From assembly GCA_040954595.2 (NCBI GenBank), contig CM082593.2:10355844-10419843 (forward strand): DNA of 64,000 nt. The letters are read 5' to 3'. The stretch comes from Balanoglossus misakiensis (lineage: Eukaryota; Animalia; Hemichordata). The position numbers were made by a program, and so were the translations under genes. The notes under the pieces were generated by a model. The model ran no database searches and was not told the origin of the DNA. It saw only the letters and a list, made by a program, of their open reading frames with translations. Shown piece by piece: positions 61,201 through 64,000 of this stretch (position 1 is the first letter of the stretch; each line of letters starts with the position of its first letter).

Positions 61201-64000
61201 ACATGGGTGAAAATCATCAAAAAATAACAAATTTTCGACTTTGCAAAATCTCAAAATTTCGTCCATTTTTGAAAAAAAATCATGGGTAAAAATCATCAAA
61301 AAATGACAAATTTTGAAAAAAAACGGGTGAAAATCATCAAAAAATGACACATTTTCGACTTTGCAAAATCTCAAAATTTCGTCGATTTTTGAAAAAAATC
61401 ATGGGTGAAAATCATCAAAAAATGACAAATTTTCGTCTTTGCAAAATCTCAAAATTTCGTCCATTTCTGAAAAAAAATTATGGGTAAAAATCATCAAAAA
61501 TGACAAATTTTCATCTTTGCAAAATCTCAAATTTTCGTCGATTTTTGAAAAAAATCATTGTTGAAAATCATCAAAAAATGACAAAATTTTCGACTTTGCA
61601 AAATCTCAAAATTTCGACGATTTTTGAAAAAAATCATGGGGGAAAATCATGAAAAAATGACAAATTTCGTCTTTGCAAAATCTCAAAATTTCGTCCATCT
61701 TTGAAAAAAATCATGGGTGAAAATCATCAAAAAATGACAAATTTTCGACTTGCAAAATCTCAACATTTCGTCAATTTTTGAAAAAATCATGGGGGAAAAT
61801 CATGAAAAAATGACAATATTTCCTCTCTGCAAAATCTCAAAATTTCGTCGATTTTTGAAAAAAATCTTGGGTGAAAATCATCAAAAAATGACAAATTTTC
61901 GTCTTTGCAAAATCTCAAAATTCGTCCATTTTTGAAAAAAAATCATGGGTAAAAATCATCAAAATGACAAATTTCGTCTTTGCAAAATCTCAAATTTTCG
62001 TCGATTTTTGAAAAAAAATCATGGTTGAAAATCATCAAAAAATGACAAAATTTTCGACTTTGTAAAATCACAAAATTTCGTCGATTTTGAAAAATCATAG
62101 GTTCGTCGATTTTTAAAAAAAAAACATGGTGAAAATCATCCAAAAATGACAAATTTTGAAAAAAAAACGGGTGAAAATCATCAAAAAAATGACACATTTC
62201 GTCGACTTTGCAAAATCTCAAAATTTCGTCGATTTTTGAAAAAAATCATGGGGGAAAATCATGAAAAAATGACAAATTTTCCTCTTTGCAAAATCTCATA
62301 ATTTTCGTCGATTTTTAAAAAAAGACATGGGTGAAAATCATCAAAAAATATCAAATTTTCGACTTTGCAAAATCTCAAAATTTCGTCCATTTTTGAAAAA
62401 AAATCATGGGTAAAAATCATCAAAAAATGACAAATTTTCGTCTTTGCAAATCTCACAATTTCGTCGATTTTGAAAAAAATCATGTGTGAAAATCATCAAA
62501 AAATGACAAATTTTCGACTTTGCAAAATCTCAAAATTTCGTCAATTTTTGAAAAAATCATGGGTTGAAAATCATCAAAAAATGACAAATTTTCGTCTTTG
62601 CAAAATCTCAAAATTTCGTCCCATTTTAAAAAAAAAACGGGGGAAAATCATCAAAAAATGACAAATTTTCGACTTTGCAAAATCTAAAAATTTCGTCGAT
62701 TTTGAAAAAAATCATGGTGAAAATCATCAAAAATGACAAATTTTCGACTTTGCAAAATCTCAAAATTTCGTCGGTTTTTGAAAATAATATGGGTGAAAAT
62801 CATCAAAAAATGACAAATTTTCGACTTTGCAAAATCTCAAAATTTCGTCGGTTTGAAAAAAAATCATGGGTTCGTCGATTTTTTTAAATAAAAACATGGG
62901 TGAAAATCATCAAAAAATGACACATTTTCGACTTTGCAAAATCTCAAAATTTCGTCGATTTTTGAAAAAAATCATGGGGGAAAATCATGAAAAAAATGAC
63001 AAATTTTCCTCTTTGCAAATCTCAAAATTTCGTCGATTTTTAAAAAAAGACATGGGTGAAAATCATCAAAAAATAACAAATTTTCGACTTTGCAAAATCT
63101 CAAAATTTCGTCCATTTTTGAAAAAAATCATGGGTAAAAATCATCAAAAATGACAAATTTTGAAAAAAACGGGTGAAAATCATCAAAAAATGACACATTT
63201 TCGACTTTGCAAAATCTCAAAATTTCGTCGATTTTTGAAAAAAATCATGGGGGAAAATCATGAAAAAAATGACAAATTTCCTCTTTGCAAAATCTCAAAA
63301 TTTCGTCGGTTTTGAAAAATAATATGGGTGAAAATCATCAAAAAATGACAAATTTTTCGACTTTTGCAAAATCTCAAAATTTCGTCGGTTTTGAAAAAAA
63401 TCATGGGTTCGTCGATTTTTTTAAATAAAAACATGGGTGAAAATCATCAAAAATGACACATTTTCGACTTTGCAAAATCTCAAAATTCGTCGATTTTTGA
63501 AAAAAATCATGGGGGAAAATCATGAAAAAAATGGACAAATTTTCCTCTTTGCAAAATCTCAAAATTTCGTCGATTTTTAAAAAAAGACATGGGTGAAAAT
63601 CATCAAAAAATAACAAATTTTCGACTTTGCAAAATCTCAAAATTTCGTCCATTTTTGAAAAAAATCATGGGTAAAAATCATCAAAAAATGACAAATTTTG
63701 AAAAAAAACGGGTGAAATCATCAAAAAATGACACATTTTCGACTTTGCAAAATCTCAAAATTTCGTCGATTTTTGAAAAAAAATCATGGGTGAAAATCAT
63801 CAAAAATGACAAATTTTCGTCTTTGCAAAATCTCAAAATTTCGTCCATTTCTGAAAAAAAATTATGGGTAAAAATCATCAAAAATGACAAATTTTCATCT
63901 TTGCAAAATCTCAAATTTTCGTCGATTTTTGAAAAAAAATCATTGTTGTAAATCATCAAAAAAATGACAAAATTTTCGACTTTGCAAAATCTCAAAATTT
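16208..64000 (+). repeat. 78-bp AT-rich tandem satellite array with higher-order repeats; runs off the window end
   Basis: Consensus ATCATGGGTGAAAATCATCAAAAAATGACAAATTTTCGACTTTGCAAAATCTCAAAATTTCGTCGATTTTTGAAAAAA (e.g. 16333-16410), repeated head-to-tail for 47.8 kb. No foreign insertion or strand switch was seen. Confidence 0.99.

Noticed and set aside
16258-63995. Numerous 60-184 aa ORFs repeating IMGENHQKMTNFRLCKISKFRRFLKK (78 bp = 26 codons, one stop-free frame)
   Set aside because: They are translations of the satellite. A-run length changes shift the frame every few monomers, with no sign of codon-level constraint.
16208-64000. CRISPR-like array of palindromic repeats
   Set aside because: No unique spacers, no cas genes, eukaryotic context with spliceosomal introns.

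Overview
Eukaryotic, repeat-dominated window, probably from a marine invertebrate (inferred from the transposon repertoire; not testable here). Bases 1-~16,207 are a patchwork of decayed mobile elements: palindromic non-autonomous elements, one probable orphan host exon on the minus strand (1730-2218), an intron-containing, frameshifted hAT (ZNF862-like) transposase remnant (4554-5636), and a ~6 kb Helentron-associated (HINE/DINE-1-type) element (5723-11722). That element holds an L2-type LINE and an RTE-X-type LINE fragment, each split by a copy of the same 576-bp TTAA-flanked MITE. From 16,208 to the window end is one uninterrupted, single-orientation AT-rich satellite with a 78-bp monomer (roughly 600+ copies). 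It has internal dyad symmetry, recurrent ~42-bp and ~30-bp deletion monomers, three variant domains and multi-kb higher-order duplications (one at an offset of exactly 15,300 bp). All ORFs after 16.2 kb are translations of this satellite, not genes. I see no intact gene cluster or demonstrably new protein system. The best leads are the satellite architecture (candidate centromeric/pericentromeric array with a sharp edge) and the nested Helentron-type element.
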